Positions 8,799-18,383 of a stretch of DNA of 32,000 bases are shown here, piece after piece. The position numbers and the translations under genes are program-made. A model generated the notes under the pieces. That model saw only the letters and a list, made by a program, of their open reading frames with translations. It had not been told where the DNA came from and ran no database searches. This DNA comes from Cylindrospermopsis raciborskii Cr2010 (GTDB taxonomy: Bacteria; Cyanobacteriota; Cyanobacteriia; Cyanobacteriales; Nostocaceae). Every line of letters begins with the position of its first letter. Within the stretch, counting starts at the first letter, position 1. The stretch lies in NCBI RefSeq assembly GCF_003367075.2, contig NZ_CP065936.1, forward strand, positions 900,001-932,000, given 5' to 3'.

Positions 8799-9331
8799 TT
8801 GCTGATTAACTCCACTGCGTCTCTACCATCAAAATCTTGCAGGTAAACCTTAACAATTTCTTCCTTGGTAGTTGGTAATTTTTTACCGATAAAATCAGGA
8901 TGAATAGGTAATTCTCGGTGACCTCGGTCTACTAGAACTGCTAAACGAATTAGTTCCGGTCTACCATATTCATTAACAGCATTCAGAGCTGCGCGAATGG
9001 TTCTACCTTTAAAAATCACATCATCCACCAAAATCACAGTTTTACCCGTCAAATCAAAAGGTATGTGAGTTTTAGCTGGGGTTCTTGGTCCAATTTTGTC
9101 TAGGTCGTCACGATAGAATGTGATATCCAATGCTCCCACGGAGACGCTGATACCTTCTAAATTTTCGACTTGACGTGCCAATAACTTAGCTAGACATACT
9201 CCTCTGGTGTAGATACCTAAAAAAACTAACTGTGATAAATCCCGAGTCTTTTCTACAATTTGAGAAGCCAGACGAATTGAAGTACGACGTAATTCTTCCG
9301 ATGAGAGAATTTCAACTACCTTAGTAGACAT
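8795..9331 (-). CDS. pyrR: Bifunctional pyrimidine regulatory protein PyrR / uracil phosphoribosyltransferase
   Basis: PRTase motif [18 protein letters not shown] plus the PyrR-like N-terminus [19 protein letters not shown] and [12 protein letters not shown] at 9331; the track start at 9340 is a TTG. Confidence 0.85.
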   Translation of the reverse strand: MSTKVVEILSSEELRRTSIRLASQIVEKTRDLSQLVFLGIYTRGVCLAKLLARQVENLEGISVSVGALDITFYRDDLDKIGPRTPAKTHIPFDLTGKTVILVDDVIFKGRTIRAALNAVNEYGRPELIRLAVLVDRGHRELPIHPDFIGKKLPTTKEEIVKVYLQDFDGRDAVELISN

Positions 9332-10307
9332 GATAGTCAATATAATAAGTTGTGATAATTTTATATGCTAAAATTGTCAACCCTAACCAAAGTAAAAAGG
9401 AATATCGAGTTAATTGTAAAGCTCGATAAATGGAAGTAGAAGTAATGGGATAAATAGGATCCCCTAAAAGTGGCTTATACTTAGCTACTCCTTTATACCA
9501 GTTTAATCCTCCCATCTGGACGCCCAAAATGGCAGCATAGGCGCACTCACTCCAACCAGAATTGGGGCTAGGGTCTTGAATGGCATCCCGCCTACAAAGA
9601 CGCCAAACACTTAGGGGTTTAAGTGACAAAATAGCCAACGTAATGACTGTTAAACGACAGGGAACCCAGGTCAAACAATCCTCTAGCTTAGCACTAAACC
9701 AACCGATATAGGTATAGGGAGGTTCTCGATAACCAACCATAGAATCTAAAGTGCTACTGGCTTTATAACCTAGGGCCAAAGGAATAGGACCAACAGCGGG
9801 AATCAATATACCGATGATAGCATAAAATAGAGGGGCCATAACCCCATCAGTGGCATTTTCCGTCACAGTTTCTAAAACTGCTCGCAGGATTTCTGATTCC
9901 GAGAGATCTGCTGTATCTCTACCCACGTATTGACTGAGAATCTCTCGAGCTTGTGATAATTTGCCATCATTTAAAGGTTTGATAACATCCAAAGCAGCTT
10001 TGGTTAAACTGTGAAGGGCAAAACAACTGGCCAGCAAAATACTGGCAACAGTAATACCTAACCAGGGGTGTAACCAGTGAGCAATATGAACAATCAGCCA
10101 CCCAGATACAGCAGCAGCACCAATTGTAGTCAAGGCCAAACCAATACCAGCTAGACGCTGTGATAGGGGCCCATAGAAGTGTTGCCAGGAAAATTGAGTC
10201 CAACCAGAAATAAACCAACCCATTACCCTAACAGGGTGAGGCCAACCCCAGGGATCACCAATGATGTAATCTAAGAAAGCAGCCATTATTAATATGATGT
10301 AGCTCAT
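9321..10307 (-). CDS. cbiB: Adenosylcobinamide-phosphate synthase CbiB/CobD
   Basis: A polytopic membrane protein with the CbiB N-terminal signature [20 protein letters not shown] and [15 protein letters not shown] chose the Met at 10307 (MSYIILIM...) because the longer ORF (10376) would overlap the upstream Rrf2 gene by 56 nt and would add residues that, as I recall, homologues lack. Confidence 0.85.
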   Translation of the reverse strand: MSYIILIMAAFLDYIIGDPWGWPHPVRVMGWFISGWTQFSWQHFYGPLSQRLAGIGLALTTIGAAAVSGWLIVHIAHWLHPWLGITVASILLASCFALHSLTKAALDVIKPLNDGKLSQAREILSQYVGRDTADLSESEILRAVLETVTENATDGVMAPLFYAIIGILIPAVGPIPLALGYKASSTLDSMVGYREPPYTYIGWFSAKLEDCLTWVPCRLTVITLAILSLKPLSVWRLCRRDAIQDPSPNSGWSECAYAAILGVQMGGLNWYKGVAKYKPLLGDPIYPITSTSIYRALQLTRYSFLLWLGLTILAYKIITTYYIDYHVY

Positions 10308-10320
10308 ATCCAAATTCCAA

Positions 10321-10764
10321 CTAAACCACAAAACTTGCTTCTTCCCCAACAGCAGCTTGTCTGCTTCTAGCATCATAATAGAGGTCAGCCAAGGTAATGC
10401 TATATAGAGCTTCTCGTAACTTTTGGTTGAGTCTTTGCCACAAAGTAAATGTCACCCAATCTTCAGCTTGTGTGGATGGTGAAACTTTCACAGCCAAATC
10501 AGCGATATTTTCCCCCACCGCTTCTAAAATCTCCCCTATGGAAATTTGTTGAGGGTGTCTTGCTAATTTATAGCCACCAATACTCCCACGTAGGGAGTGA
10601 ACTAAACCAGCATGACGCATTTCTATCAATAGCTTTTCTAAATAAGCAGCAGGAATTTCTTGCCGCGAGGCGATCGCCTTCACGGAAGCAGGCCCATATT
10701 TTGGTTGTAAACTCAAATCCAGCAACGCCTTTACACTATAGTGTCCCCTGGTAGTTAATTTCAT
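10321..10764 (-). CDS. Rrf2 family transcriptional regulator
   Basis: MKLTTRGHYSVKALLDLSL...VKAIASRQEIPAAYLEKLLIEMRHAGLVHSLRGSIGGYKLAR is a classical Rrf2 winged-helix N-terminus. ATG at 10764; the track start at 10890 is a GTG with an unrelated leader. Confidence 0.8.
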   Translation of the reverse strand: MKLTTRGHYSVKALLDLSLQPKYGPASVKAIASRQEIPAAYLEKLLIEMRHAGLVHSLRGSIGGYKLARHPQQISIGEILEAVGENIADLAVKVSPSTQAEDWVTFTLWQRLNQKLREALYSITLADLYYDARSRQAAVGEEASFVV

Positions 10765-11102
10765 CTTTATAGTTAACCCGCTCAACAAACTTTCTCCCCC
10801 ATCTTCCTCCAACCTAGGAAATATTGACAGGGGTTTAAAAAACTTAATGAATTCGATCCTGAAAATCAGTGTACAAATCAACTTATCCACCTAAAGGTAG
10901 GAGGAGGGAGAAAATTTTCTTCAAAAAAACCCCTTGACAAAATAGATGATTGTGCAACAATTTCTATTATAATTTCCATATAGTTTAACTGTAAACTAAG
11001 AGCAGGTTTGGGGAACCAATTTAGGGGCTTCCCATTGGCTCGGGTATCAGTTAAAATCAAATCGAATCAACCACTTCAGTTATCCAATTCCAGCCAAAGT
11101 TG

Positions 11103-11519
11103 ATGCCTAAGCAAAAGAAAATTGATCCTCTTGTTGGTGAAGAACTGCTCCAAAGGGTTAAGGAGCTAGGGAGCGAAACCAGGGAAGAGAAAGCTAAACA
11201 GTGTGGCTACTATACCATTACCAAGAATGGCATAGAGCGGGTGAATATAATGAAGTTCTTGAACGCCTTAATTGAGGCCGAGGGTATTCAGTTAGATGGC
11301 GCACCCGGTGCCAACGGTCGTGGTGGAAGGAGTGCCAGCTATAGAGTTAGCGTCCAGTCGAACAACAATTTACTCATAGGTTCAGCTTACACAAAACAGA
11401 TGAATCTAAAACCCGGCGATGAATTTGTCATCACCTTAGGTAAAAAGCATATTCGACTGCGACAAGTAGAGCCAGAAGAAAGAGAAGATGATGATCAGCT
11501 GGAAGAAGTAACAGCCTAA
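11103..11519 (+). CDS. Cyanobacterial AbrB-family regulator (cyAbrB / CalA-like)
   Basis: C-terminal AbrB/SpoVT-type domain (YRVSVQSNNNLLIGSAYTKQMNLKPGDEFVITLGKKHIRLRQV). The cyanobacteria-specific N-terminal part is LLQRVKELG...CGYYT...FLNALIEAEGI. An acidic tail follows. ATG at 11103; the TTG at 11100 is the track start. Confidence 0.8.
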   Translation: MPKQKKIDPLVGEELLQRVKELGSETREEKAKQCGYYTITKNGIERVNIMKFLNALIEAEGIQLDGAPGANGRGGRSASYRVSVQSNNNLLIGSAYTKQMNLKPGDEFVITLGKKHIRLRQVEPEEREDDDQLEEVTA

Positions 11520-11537
11520 TTATCGAAAATTTCCGAA

Positions 11538-11565
11538 TCCCCGTCTTTTTAAAGCGGGGAGTTTT
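11538..11565 (+). terminator. Rho-independent terminator after the cyAbrB gene
   Basis: Stem TCCCCG(T)CTTT / AAAGCGGGGA with a 2-nt loop, followed by GTTTT. It lies between the convergent cyAbrB and ClC genes. Confidence 0.55.
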
Positions 11566-11572
11566 CATTACT

Positions 11573-13453
11573 TCAGCAGTCTTTAGATAAATAAGGCTCT
11601 ACTACTTTGCGAGTAGTTGCTAAATTACAGGTTAAAGCAATTTCCTTTTGTTCTAACAAACCCACAATACAATCAGGATTATGCCTGTCTAATACCGGTA
11701 ATTGCTGCAGTCCTCTGAGTGCCATACGGTCTAAAGCCTCAGACAAAGGTTCATCTTGCCAAGCATAAAGGATATCGGTGGTACAAATATCGAGAATGGT
11801 TTGACCAAAAAAATCGGGTTTTAGTTGGTCAGAGGGAGTTTGGTAGTTTTCCCAGCGAGAAAGGGTGCGATTAATATCATCCAAAGAGACAATACCCACC
11901 AATTTTTCATTAGCATCAATCACTAGGGCGCTAGGAACATGATCGTGGATCATTTCCAAAGCTGCTTCTAGCACGCTAAGATTGGCAGGGATTTTTTTGG
12001 GGTGGAAATGGATGGCCTCAGCAACAGAAATGGTTTGAATCACTTCCAATTTGTGATCTTTTAATTCCGCAAGACCAATTTGTTGTAGGTTCACATTGGA
12101 ACTAACAGTAGGTTTAATCAATTCCATGAGCCATATACTTAAACCCACTGCTGCCATTAAAGGCAAAACAATACGGTAGTCACGGGTCAGTTCAAATAAC
12201 ATTAATATAGCAGTTAAAGGAGCTCGAACACTGGCAGCCAAAACAGCAGCCATACCAACCATGGCATAAGCGGGGGGTGCAGCCATATACTCAGCTACAC
12301 TTGGGAATATCAAGGACAGGAACTTTCCGTATGCAGAACCCAGGGATGCGCCTAAAAACATTGCTGGGGCAAAAAGTCCCCCTACAAAACCACTGGCCGA
12401 ACTAATTGCCGTTGCTAATAGTTTTAACAACATTAAAGCCAGCAAGAGATACAAAGAAAATTCCCGGTCTTGTAAAATAGCTTCCACGGTTCCATAACCA
12501 ATACCCAAAATTTGGGGATACTTTAAAGCTACCAAACCAACCAGAAAACCACCGATAACTGGTTGTATAGGTTTGGGAATCTTACCTAAAAATGCCAGAC
12601 CCTTAAATTTGCCATTAAACAAGTTTTGGGCCATGCTAATAGATTGTTTATAAGTAAGAGCTACCACACTAGCTCCCAAACCTAAACCCAGATATAGGGG
12701 TAACTCCAAAAGACTACGAACCTCGTATGCAGGTAAAGTAAAAGCCGGTTGACCGCCCAAACCAATTTGGGCGATTAAGGCTGCCACCACTGCTGCTAGT
12801 AAAACTATACTAACTGCCGAAGTAGCAAAAGAGGTAGCGCCCAAAACCACTTCCAAGGCAAAAAACACCCCAGCAATGGGAGCATTAAACCCAGCGGCTA
12901 AACCAGCAGCAGCGCCTGCTCCTATTAACAGTCTTTGTCGTTCTTGAGAAACTTGTAAGACATCTGAGAATAAAACCCCAAAATTTGCCCCAATTTCCAC
13001 ACTCGGACCCTCTGGACCTAGGGAAGCACCACTACCCAAAGAAACACCAGCAGCTATCATTTTGGTAACGGGACGAAGTTTTTGCTTAACTTCCTTCCCT
13101 TGGGAAACAGCAATTAAAGACAAAAGCCCAGGACCAAAATCCTGAGTGCGCCAACGCATTAAACCAACAACTATGCCACCCAAGGTAGGAACACAAGCTA
13201 AAGTCCAAGCTCCCCACCTTCCTATGGATGCCATTAGGTTTTCTAACATTAAGTCGTGAACAAATTCAATTAGATAGTGAAAGGTTACTACACCCATACC
13301 TGTACCACTACCGATAAGTATAGCTAGAAATAATACCACCGTTTCCTGGGATGGCTCGAAACGGCGAATCAGATTAGTTAAGAAAGTGGAAATATGAGGA
13401 AAGGTAGTCGGTTGAAATACCTTATGCATTTGTGTGGGGGGCAATAAGCTCAT
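11573..13453 (-). CDS. ClC family chloride channel / H+-Cl- exchanger with two C-terminal CBS domains
   Basis: ClC signature segments GSGASLGPEGPSVEIG and GFVGGLFAPAMFLGA. About 10 or more hydrophobic helices. The C-terminal ~170 aa have a CBS-pair pattern (ALVIDANEKLVGIVSLDDI, LPVLDRHNPDCIVGLLEQKEI). Confidence 0.85.
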   Translation of the reverse strand: MSLLPPTQMHKVFQPTTFPHISTFLTNLIRRFEPSQETVVLFLAILIGSGTGMGVVTFHYLIEFVHDLMLENLMASIGRWGAWTLACVPTLGGIVVGLMRWRTQDFGPGLLSLIAVSQGKEVKQKLRPVTKMIAAGVSLGSGASLGPEGPSVEIGANFGVLFSDVLQVSQERQRLLIGAGAAAGLAAGFNAPIAGVFFALEVVLGATSFATSAVSIVLLAAVVAALIAQIGLGGQPAFTLPAYEVRSLLELPLYLGLGLGASVVALTYKQSISMAQNLFNGKFKGLAFLGKIPKPIQPVIGGFLVGLVALKYPQILGIGYGTVEAILQDREFSLYLLLALMLLKLLATAISSASGFVGGLFAPAMFLGASLGSAYGKFLSLIFPSVAEYMAAPPAYAMVGMAAVLAASVRAPLTAILMLFELTRDYRIVLPLMAAVGLSIWLMELIKPTVSSNVNLQQIGLAELKDHKLEVIQTISVAEAIHFHPKKIPANLSVLEAALEMIHDHVPSALVIDANEKLVGIVSLDDINRTLSRWENYQTPSDQLKPDFFGQTILDICTTDILYAWQDEPLSEALDRMALRGLQQLPVLDRHNPDCIVGLLEQKEIALTCNLATTRKVVEPYLSKDC

Positions 13454-13599
13454 GGAAAACCAGTAAATATAACGAAAAATTTAATTTTTATCTGTTAGTC
13501 TTTATTGTGAGGCATAATTTACCTAGTAAACAACTATTGGAAGAGAAACTGTGACTAAATTCCCAGTTGTCTATTCCATTGACTGGGCAAATTCCATAA

Positions 13600-13959
13600 A
13601 TGAACATAAACATTTCTGATAGTAATCATCTAAGCTGCCCGATTTGCCGGGGGAGTAACACAAGAAAATCCTTTGGGACGTACATGGGACTTTTCACCTG
13701 TCCGTTCTGTCACGAAAGGCTAGTAGTTTGCAAAAGTGGTCACTATGTGCGTGACCCCTTTAGCTGGCGGAAAATTGTTTTGGGTTCGGCATTGCGCCGT
13801 CAAAGTCAACCCTTATCGAGATTGGTACGCGACTTGTTTTCCCTCAGGCGATACTTGCTCCTAGTGGGAGTGGGAATTAGCGTGATATTGACGACAATGG
13901 TAATCACTGAACAAAACACTAGTTATAAACAGTACCCTAATCAATTACGTCACCTTTGA
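13600..13959 (+). CDS. Hypothetical zinc-ribbon protein with C-terminal TM helix
   Basis: A 119-aa ORF with CPICRG-N17-CPFCHE (four Cys) and a hydrophobic helix YLLLVGVGISVILTTMVI. I recognise no family. Confidence 0.45.
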   Translation: MNINISDSNHLSCPICRGSNTRKSFGTYMGLFTCPFCHERLVVCKSGHYVRDPFSWRKIVLGSALRRQSQPLSRLVRDLFSLRRYLLLVGVGISVILTTMVITEQNTSYKQYPNQLRHL

Positions 13960-13992
13960 TAGATGGGATTGGGAATTTAGTATTTTTTTGGC

Positions 13993-15321
13993 TTACCATA
14001 TCCAGTGGTGAGAGCGAACTAGCAGAAGTAGGGAAATGTAACTTCCCCAGACCAGAATGGGCAAAAATTGCCGGTCTTGTTTTTGTGCTAGGATTGCGGC
14101 TAAAATCATGGTTATGGCCGCAGTTCCCAGGACTACCTGTAGTTCAGTTGTTCCAGGAATTGTTAACCCCAGATAAATACTAGCTCCAGAGGCCACCAGA
14201 GACAAAATGGCAAAACTGATCACCCAAATCCGAGGGTAGGAAAAAAATGAAGTCCAGTCTTCAATTGTTGTCAAGTAGAATCCCAAGGCCAATGCCAAAC
14301 TGGGATACACAGGAAATAAGTACCAAGTCAGTTTAAATTTGACTAAGGATATCATCAGTAAATAGACTCCACCCCAGACCATAGTCAATTTTGCCCAGCT
14401 AAAATTGCGGTTTTCCCAAGTAGCTCTAATGGTTTGCGGTAAAAACACCAGCCACGGCCAAGTCCATTTTATCAACTCCACACAATAGTACCAGGGAGGT
14501 TGGGTTTGATTTCCCCAGTCCCCTGACCAGTGGTTGTGTTCTACTAGTTGACAAATGTACCAGGTTAGGGAGGGTAATAAACCAATAAAAATTCCTAGCC
14601 ATAAATAGGAACTAATCAGGATTCTTGGTGTGTCCCAAAATAGAAACACCATTACCATTATAAAGGTTAATAATATTGCTAATAGTCCCTTAGTCAGGCA
14701 AATCATTCCCAAACAGATTCCTATACCCAAACAGTAGCGCAAATCTCGGCGCGATCTCAAAACGGACAAAATTAGAACCATTAACATGGTGGTAAATATA
14801 CCATCTGATATAGCTAACCTGCCATAGCAAACCACTGGTAAAATAGTAAGATAAATAAATGAACTATAAATAGCAATAGCCCGAATCCGAAAAGTCTCTC
14901 TAGCAATACAGTACAATAGGGGTACGGAAAAGGAGGTAAGAATAGCTGCTGGAAGACGGGTTGTCCATTCGTTGTTACCTCCCAGAAAATACGCCAGAGC
15001 TACTAACCAGTGGATAAGATGAGGTGTAAGCACACTGTCAGAAGTAGAGTAGCCTATAGTACCTATTTGAGAAATTTTACTGGCTACTACAGAAACGGAA
15101 ATTTCCTGACTGGTAAGTGGTGCTTCACCAAGATCAATAATAAATAGTAATATTGCTGCTAGGACTAGTATGGTTAGAAATATCCTATCAGTCCGGTTAT
15201 TAACTGCACCATACTGTTGTTGTGGCCAAATCCAAATATAACTTCCTTCTTGCATATTCCATAGTAATAATTTTACTGATAATTTTGCTGACTGATCGGA
15301 TCTCCATTTGCTCTGTGTCAC
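13993..15321 (-). CDS. Polytopic membrane protein, ArnT/PMT-like (glycosyltransferase family 39-like)
   Basis: About 11 predicted TM helices. The overall pattern resembles GT39 proteins (TRLPAAILTSFSVPLLYCIARE, CLTKGLLAILL). The track start at 15321 is a GTG; an ATG alternative lies at 15255. The family assignment is from pattern memory only. Confidence 0.6.
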   Translation of the reverse strand: MTQSKWRSDQSAKLSVKLLLWNMQEGSYIWIWPQQQYGAVNNRTDRIFLTILVLAAILLFIIDLGEAPLTSQEISVSVVASKISQIGTIGYSTSDSVLTPHLIHWLVALAYFLGGNNEWTTRLPAAILTSFSVPLLYCIARETFRIRAIAIYSSFIYLTILPVVCYGRLAISDGIFTTMLMVLILSVLRSRRDLRYCLGIGICLGMICLTKGLLAILLTFIMVMVFLFWDTPRILISSYLWLGIFIGLLPSLTWYICQLVEHNHWSGDWGNQTQPPWYYCVELIKWTWPWLVFLPQTIRATWENRNFSWAKLTMVWGGVYLLMISLVKFKLTWYLFPVYPSLALALGFYLTTIEDWTSFFSYPRIWVISFAILSLVASGASIYLGLTIPGTTELQVVLGTAAITMILAAILAQKQDRQFLPILVWGSYISLLLLVRSHHWIW

Positions 15322-15512
15322 CCTGTATTAATTGTTTGTGCTGACAAGTAATAACTAGATCTAAAAATAGCGCAGTTTTCAGCAGAAAATAATAATTTTT
15401 TGAACAAAACTTTTCTTAGTTATTTTTTAAACAATTTAACATTTTTTGCGTCAATTAAATGTTATAAGTGACACAAAACCAACTTGACCAGTCTGTTATA
15501 AGGAGTTTACCA

Positions 15513-17024
15513 ATGAACCTACCTGTTGTTTTGGATATAGCCCTAGGATTAGTTTTCACCTACCTAATTTTAAGTTTGTTAGCCTCGGAGATTCAAGAGC
15601 TAATTGCTACTGTTTTGCAATGGCGAGCGGTACATCTGAAAAAATCTATTGAGATATTCTTAGCAGGGGATGTAAAGAATTCAGATACTAAGGATGTACT
15701 GGACCTGGTGAATAGGATTTATAATAATCCTATCATTAGGAGCATTAACCAGGAAACAAAGGGATTTTTATCAACCTTACCCAGAAAAATGACCTGGAAG
15801 GTAGCTGACATAGTTCGTTCAGTCAAAAATTTGGTTTCTAGATCATCACCGGAAAACAAAATTTTTGCCAATCAAAATAGTGGACCTTCCTATATCTCTA
15901 GTGACAGTTTTGTTTCTGGTTTATTAGAGGAGTTAAAAGTGCCTAAAATCATTCATGCTCTTGCAGAAGTGAGGTTAGAAAATTTTAAAATTCAACATTT
16001 GCGAGAAATTAAACTAATTTTAACCAGGTCTTTAAGACAAATAGCAGCTAGTGAGTTATCAACTAATGTTACTCATGATATTAATGATGATTTTGTGAAT
16101 CTAGACTCTGAATATAGGCAAATTGTGGATGACTTTAAAAATCAAAGATTTGATGTAGATACTAGTGTGAATCGGATGCAGGATAGTTTAAGCAAATATA
16201 TCAACAATTTTCAAGCTAATATTGAAAATAATCATCCAGCGTTAATGGAAACACACAAGCGGTTGCAAACTTTACAAAATCATATTTTTCCTAGTCTTGA
16301 GAAAGCAATTACTGTTGCGGGTCTCAAGCCCAGTATTAGTGAAATTATCCAATTAATGGAAACTGGTAAAGCTGGATATAATGAAATTCAAAGTAGTTTA
16401 CAACAGAGAGATAGTGAAAAATATGCCACCATTAGAGATTTGATTGATAGCTTACCACCGGGAATGAAGCATAACATTGCGACCATGGCCAAGCGAGCCC
16501 AGTATAAAGCCAAAACTACAGAGGAGGGGATACGGGTATTAAGACAAGAAATAGAAAATTCTTTTGATAGTTCCATGCAAAGAGCTGGAGGTGTTTATAA
16601 ACGTAATGCCAAAGGGGTGGCAATTTTAATTGGTATTGTTATAGCTTTTGGTGCTAACGCGGATACATTTTACATTATTGATCGGTTATCGAAGGATACA
16701 GCGTTGAGGGAAGCAATTGTTTATAAAGCTCAACAGACCATAGATCAGCAAGTGCTGGATCCTAACTTGAAAAATATTGACACCAATCAGATATTAGAGG
16801 ATATTAGTTTACCCATTGGTTGGAGTGAAAAAAACTTAGCTGAGCAACTGGGGACTAATCCGATCAAAATTAATGGTGTCTCGGTTGTAAGTTCTAATAT
16901 GATAATGGGTTGGCTAGTCAGTGGTTTTGCCATTGCTATGGGTGCGCCTTTTTGGTTTGACTTACTAGGTAAAGTTATGAATGTGAGAAATACGGGTAAA
17001 GGGAACAAGGGAACGGGGAATTAG
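15513..17024 (+). CDS. Conserved membrane protein of unknown function (N-terminal TM, long helical middle, C-terminal GAPFWFD motif)
   Basis: The ATG at 15513 has AAGGAG 8 nt upstream; the track start at 15468 is a GTG. N-terminal helix IALGLVFTYLILSLLASEIQELI. About 330 aa of polar helical sequence follow. Two C-terminal helices end in GFAIAMGAPFWFDLLGKVMNVRNTGKG. Confidence 0.7.
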   Translation: MNLPVVLDIALGLVFTYLILSLLASEIQELIATVLQWRAVHLKKSIEIFLAGDVKNSDTKDVLDLVNRIYNNPIIRSINQETKGFLSTLPRKMTWKVADIVRSVKNLVSRSSPENKIFANQNSGPSYISSDSFVSGLLEELKVPKIIHALAEVRLENFKIQHLREIKLILTRSLRQIAASELSTNVTHDINDDFVNLDSEYRQIVDDFKNQRFDVDTSVNRMQDSLSKYINNFQANIENNHPALMETHKRLQTLQNHIFPSLEKAITVAGLKPSISEIIQLMETGKAGYNEIQSSLQQRDSEKYATIRDLIDSLPPGMKHNIATMAKRAQYKAKTTEEGIRVLRQEIENSFDSSMQRAGGVYKRNAKGVAILIGIVIAFGANADTFYIIDRLSKDTALREAIVYKAQQTIDQQVLDPNLKNIDTNQILEDISLPIGWSEKNLAEQLGTNPIKINGVSVVSSNMIMGWLVSGFAIAMGAPFWFDLLGKVMNVRNTGKGNKGTGN

Positions 17025-17034
17025 GGAGTAGTTT

Positions 17035-18321
17035 TTAAAAACTGAAGATGATTTGTAAATTCCAATTTTCACCTTGACGAATAATCTCTATTTGACGAAT
17101 AAATTCTCGGAGGTAAAAACGCCTTTCTACCTCCGATAAGTCCATCCAGAACTGTGGAATGGAGACAGCTTGTGCAACGGAGGACAAATTCACGGGAGGG
17201 AGAATAGCCAACTGAGACTCCAGTTGAGAAATTTCTGTCTGGAGTTTATAACGCCTTAATTTTGCTGTTTCTTGATCTAGCACTCCCGTTTCTATTAAGA
17301 CGGGTAACTGGTCAAGAATTTCTTGTTGACTTACAATTTGAGCAGTTAACTTTTTTTTCATATTATCTAATTGGGTAAAATTTACTTGGGCAACAGCTGT
17401 AGGTAAATTTTGACAAATAGTTTCAATGGTTCTGGTTAGAACCTGTTGATAAGAAATAGAATGACATTTAGGATTTTGGGGACACTTGGTGTTTCGCAAA
17501 TATAGGTACTCTTGTGATTGGAAAGAGTGTGTAACCCGGTTAATATTCATTTTTTGTTGGCATTGATTACATAGGACTAGTCCAGCTAAGGAATAGGGCG
17601 CACTAGCTGTACGGGATGATAAACGACTATTACTGCGTAAAATTCTGTCAACTTGGGCTGATTCTTCCTTAGATATTATACCAGGATGGGTGTTAGGGAT
17701 AGTTTCTCCATTTTGATAAATAGTGTCACCACGATAAACAGGATTGGTTAACCACCGTCTACCAGTGGTAACGGAGATTTTTTTACCGTATTTTTTGGCT
17801 AGGTAACGAACTGCACCCCGTACAGAAGCATAGAGTAAAAAGTGATCAATAAATTCTTTGACTACGGGAGATGTACTGCGATCAATAATGTACTTTCCCT
17901 TACTGACCCGATAGCCATAGGGAATCTTACCAGGTGGTCGCAAGGCTTCCAGACGATTTTTGGCGTGTCCACGACGAATACGACGACTACGCTGTTGGCT
18001 TTGAATTTCCTGGGCTAAATCCAGCATAGTCAGGGGTACCTCAACATTTTCCGATATATATGGTTGTTCTATAGCAATAATTATTACTCCCATAGTTTCT
18101 AGTTGATTCAGGCGATCGCCCACTTGTTGTAGAGTATCTCCCAGTTCTTCTAAACGTCTAATGAGAAGATAGGTAGGGGAATGGCAGTCCCAGATTAACT
18201 GTTGTAATTGAGACCTTCCTCCCAGGTCATGATAAATCTTATCTACCTCCCAACCCCAAATAGAGTCATCGGGTGCAGTTTCTAAAAGTGGATCTGTATA
18301 AGCATAGGCAATGATTTTCAT
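17035..18321 (-). CDS. Large serine recombinase family protein with a degenerate (apparently inactive) catalytic domain
   Basis: Recombinase domain GKIPYGYRVSKGKYIIDRSTSPVVKEFI...RRWLTNPVYRGD. Zn ribbon CNQC...CPQNPKC. C-terminal coiled coil. The N-terminal resolvase-like domain reads MKIIAYAYTDPLLE...LLIRRLEELGD, where canonical enzymes have YxRVSxxxQ...LDRLxR. Confidence 0.8.
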   Translation of the reverse strand: MKIIAYAYTDPLLETAPDDSIWGWEVDKIYHDLGGRSQLQQLIWDCHSPTYLLIRRLEELGDTLQQVGDRLNQLETMGVIIIAIEQPYISENVEVPLTMLDLAQEIQSQQRSRRIRRGHAKNRLEALRPPGKIPYGYRVSKGKYIIDRSTSPVVKEFIDHFLLYASVRGAVRYLAKKYGKKISVTTGRRWLTNPVYRGDTIYQNGETIPNTHPGIISKEESAQVDRILRSNSRLSSRTASAPYSLAGLVLCNQCQQKMNINRVTHSFQSQEYLYLRNTKCPQNPKCHSISYQQVLTRTIETICQNLPTAVAQVNFTQLDNMKKKLTAQIVSQQEILDQLPVLIETGVLDQETAKLRRYKLQTEISQLESQLAILPPVNLSSVAQAVSIPQFWMDLSEVERRFYLREFIRQIEIIRQGENWNLQIIFSF

Positions 18322-18383
18322 GGGAAGTTATAGAAATTATAGATTTCTACTTGATTTTACTTTAACCTTCCCAGAAAAAGTGC

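Noticed and set aside
10934-10975. A possible cyAbrB promoter: TTGACA at 10934 and TATAAT at about 10968.
   Set aside because: The two consensus hexamers are 28 nt apart, far from the 16-18 nt needed. The hexamer at the correct spacing (ACAATT) is weak. I therefore could not define a promoter.
13956-14183. A 75-aa plus-strand ORF overlapping the 3' end of the GT39-like gene, and ORF 10878-11060 upstream of the Rrf2 gene.
   Set aside because: The first is embedded antisense in a polytopic membrane gene. The second lies in the cyAbrB/Rrf2 promoter region with no RBS or motifs.
13993-15321. Possible loss of the acidic DE/DD catalytic motif in the first loop of the GT39-like protein (LGEAPLTSQEISV, where homologues have a WDxDE-like motif).
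   Set aside because: My alignment of this loop is by eye and the family assignment itself is only moderate. I cannot support a claim of inactivity without a profile alignment.
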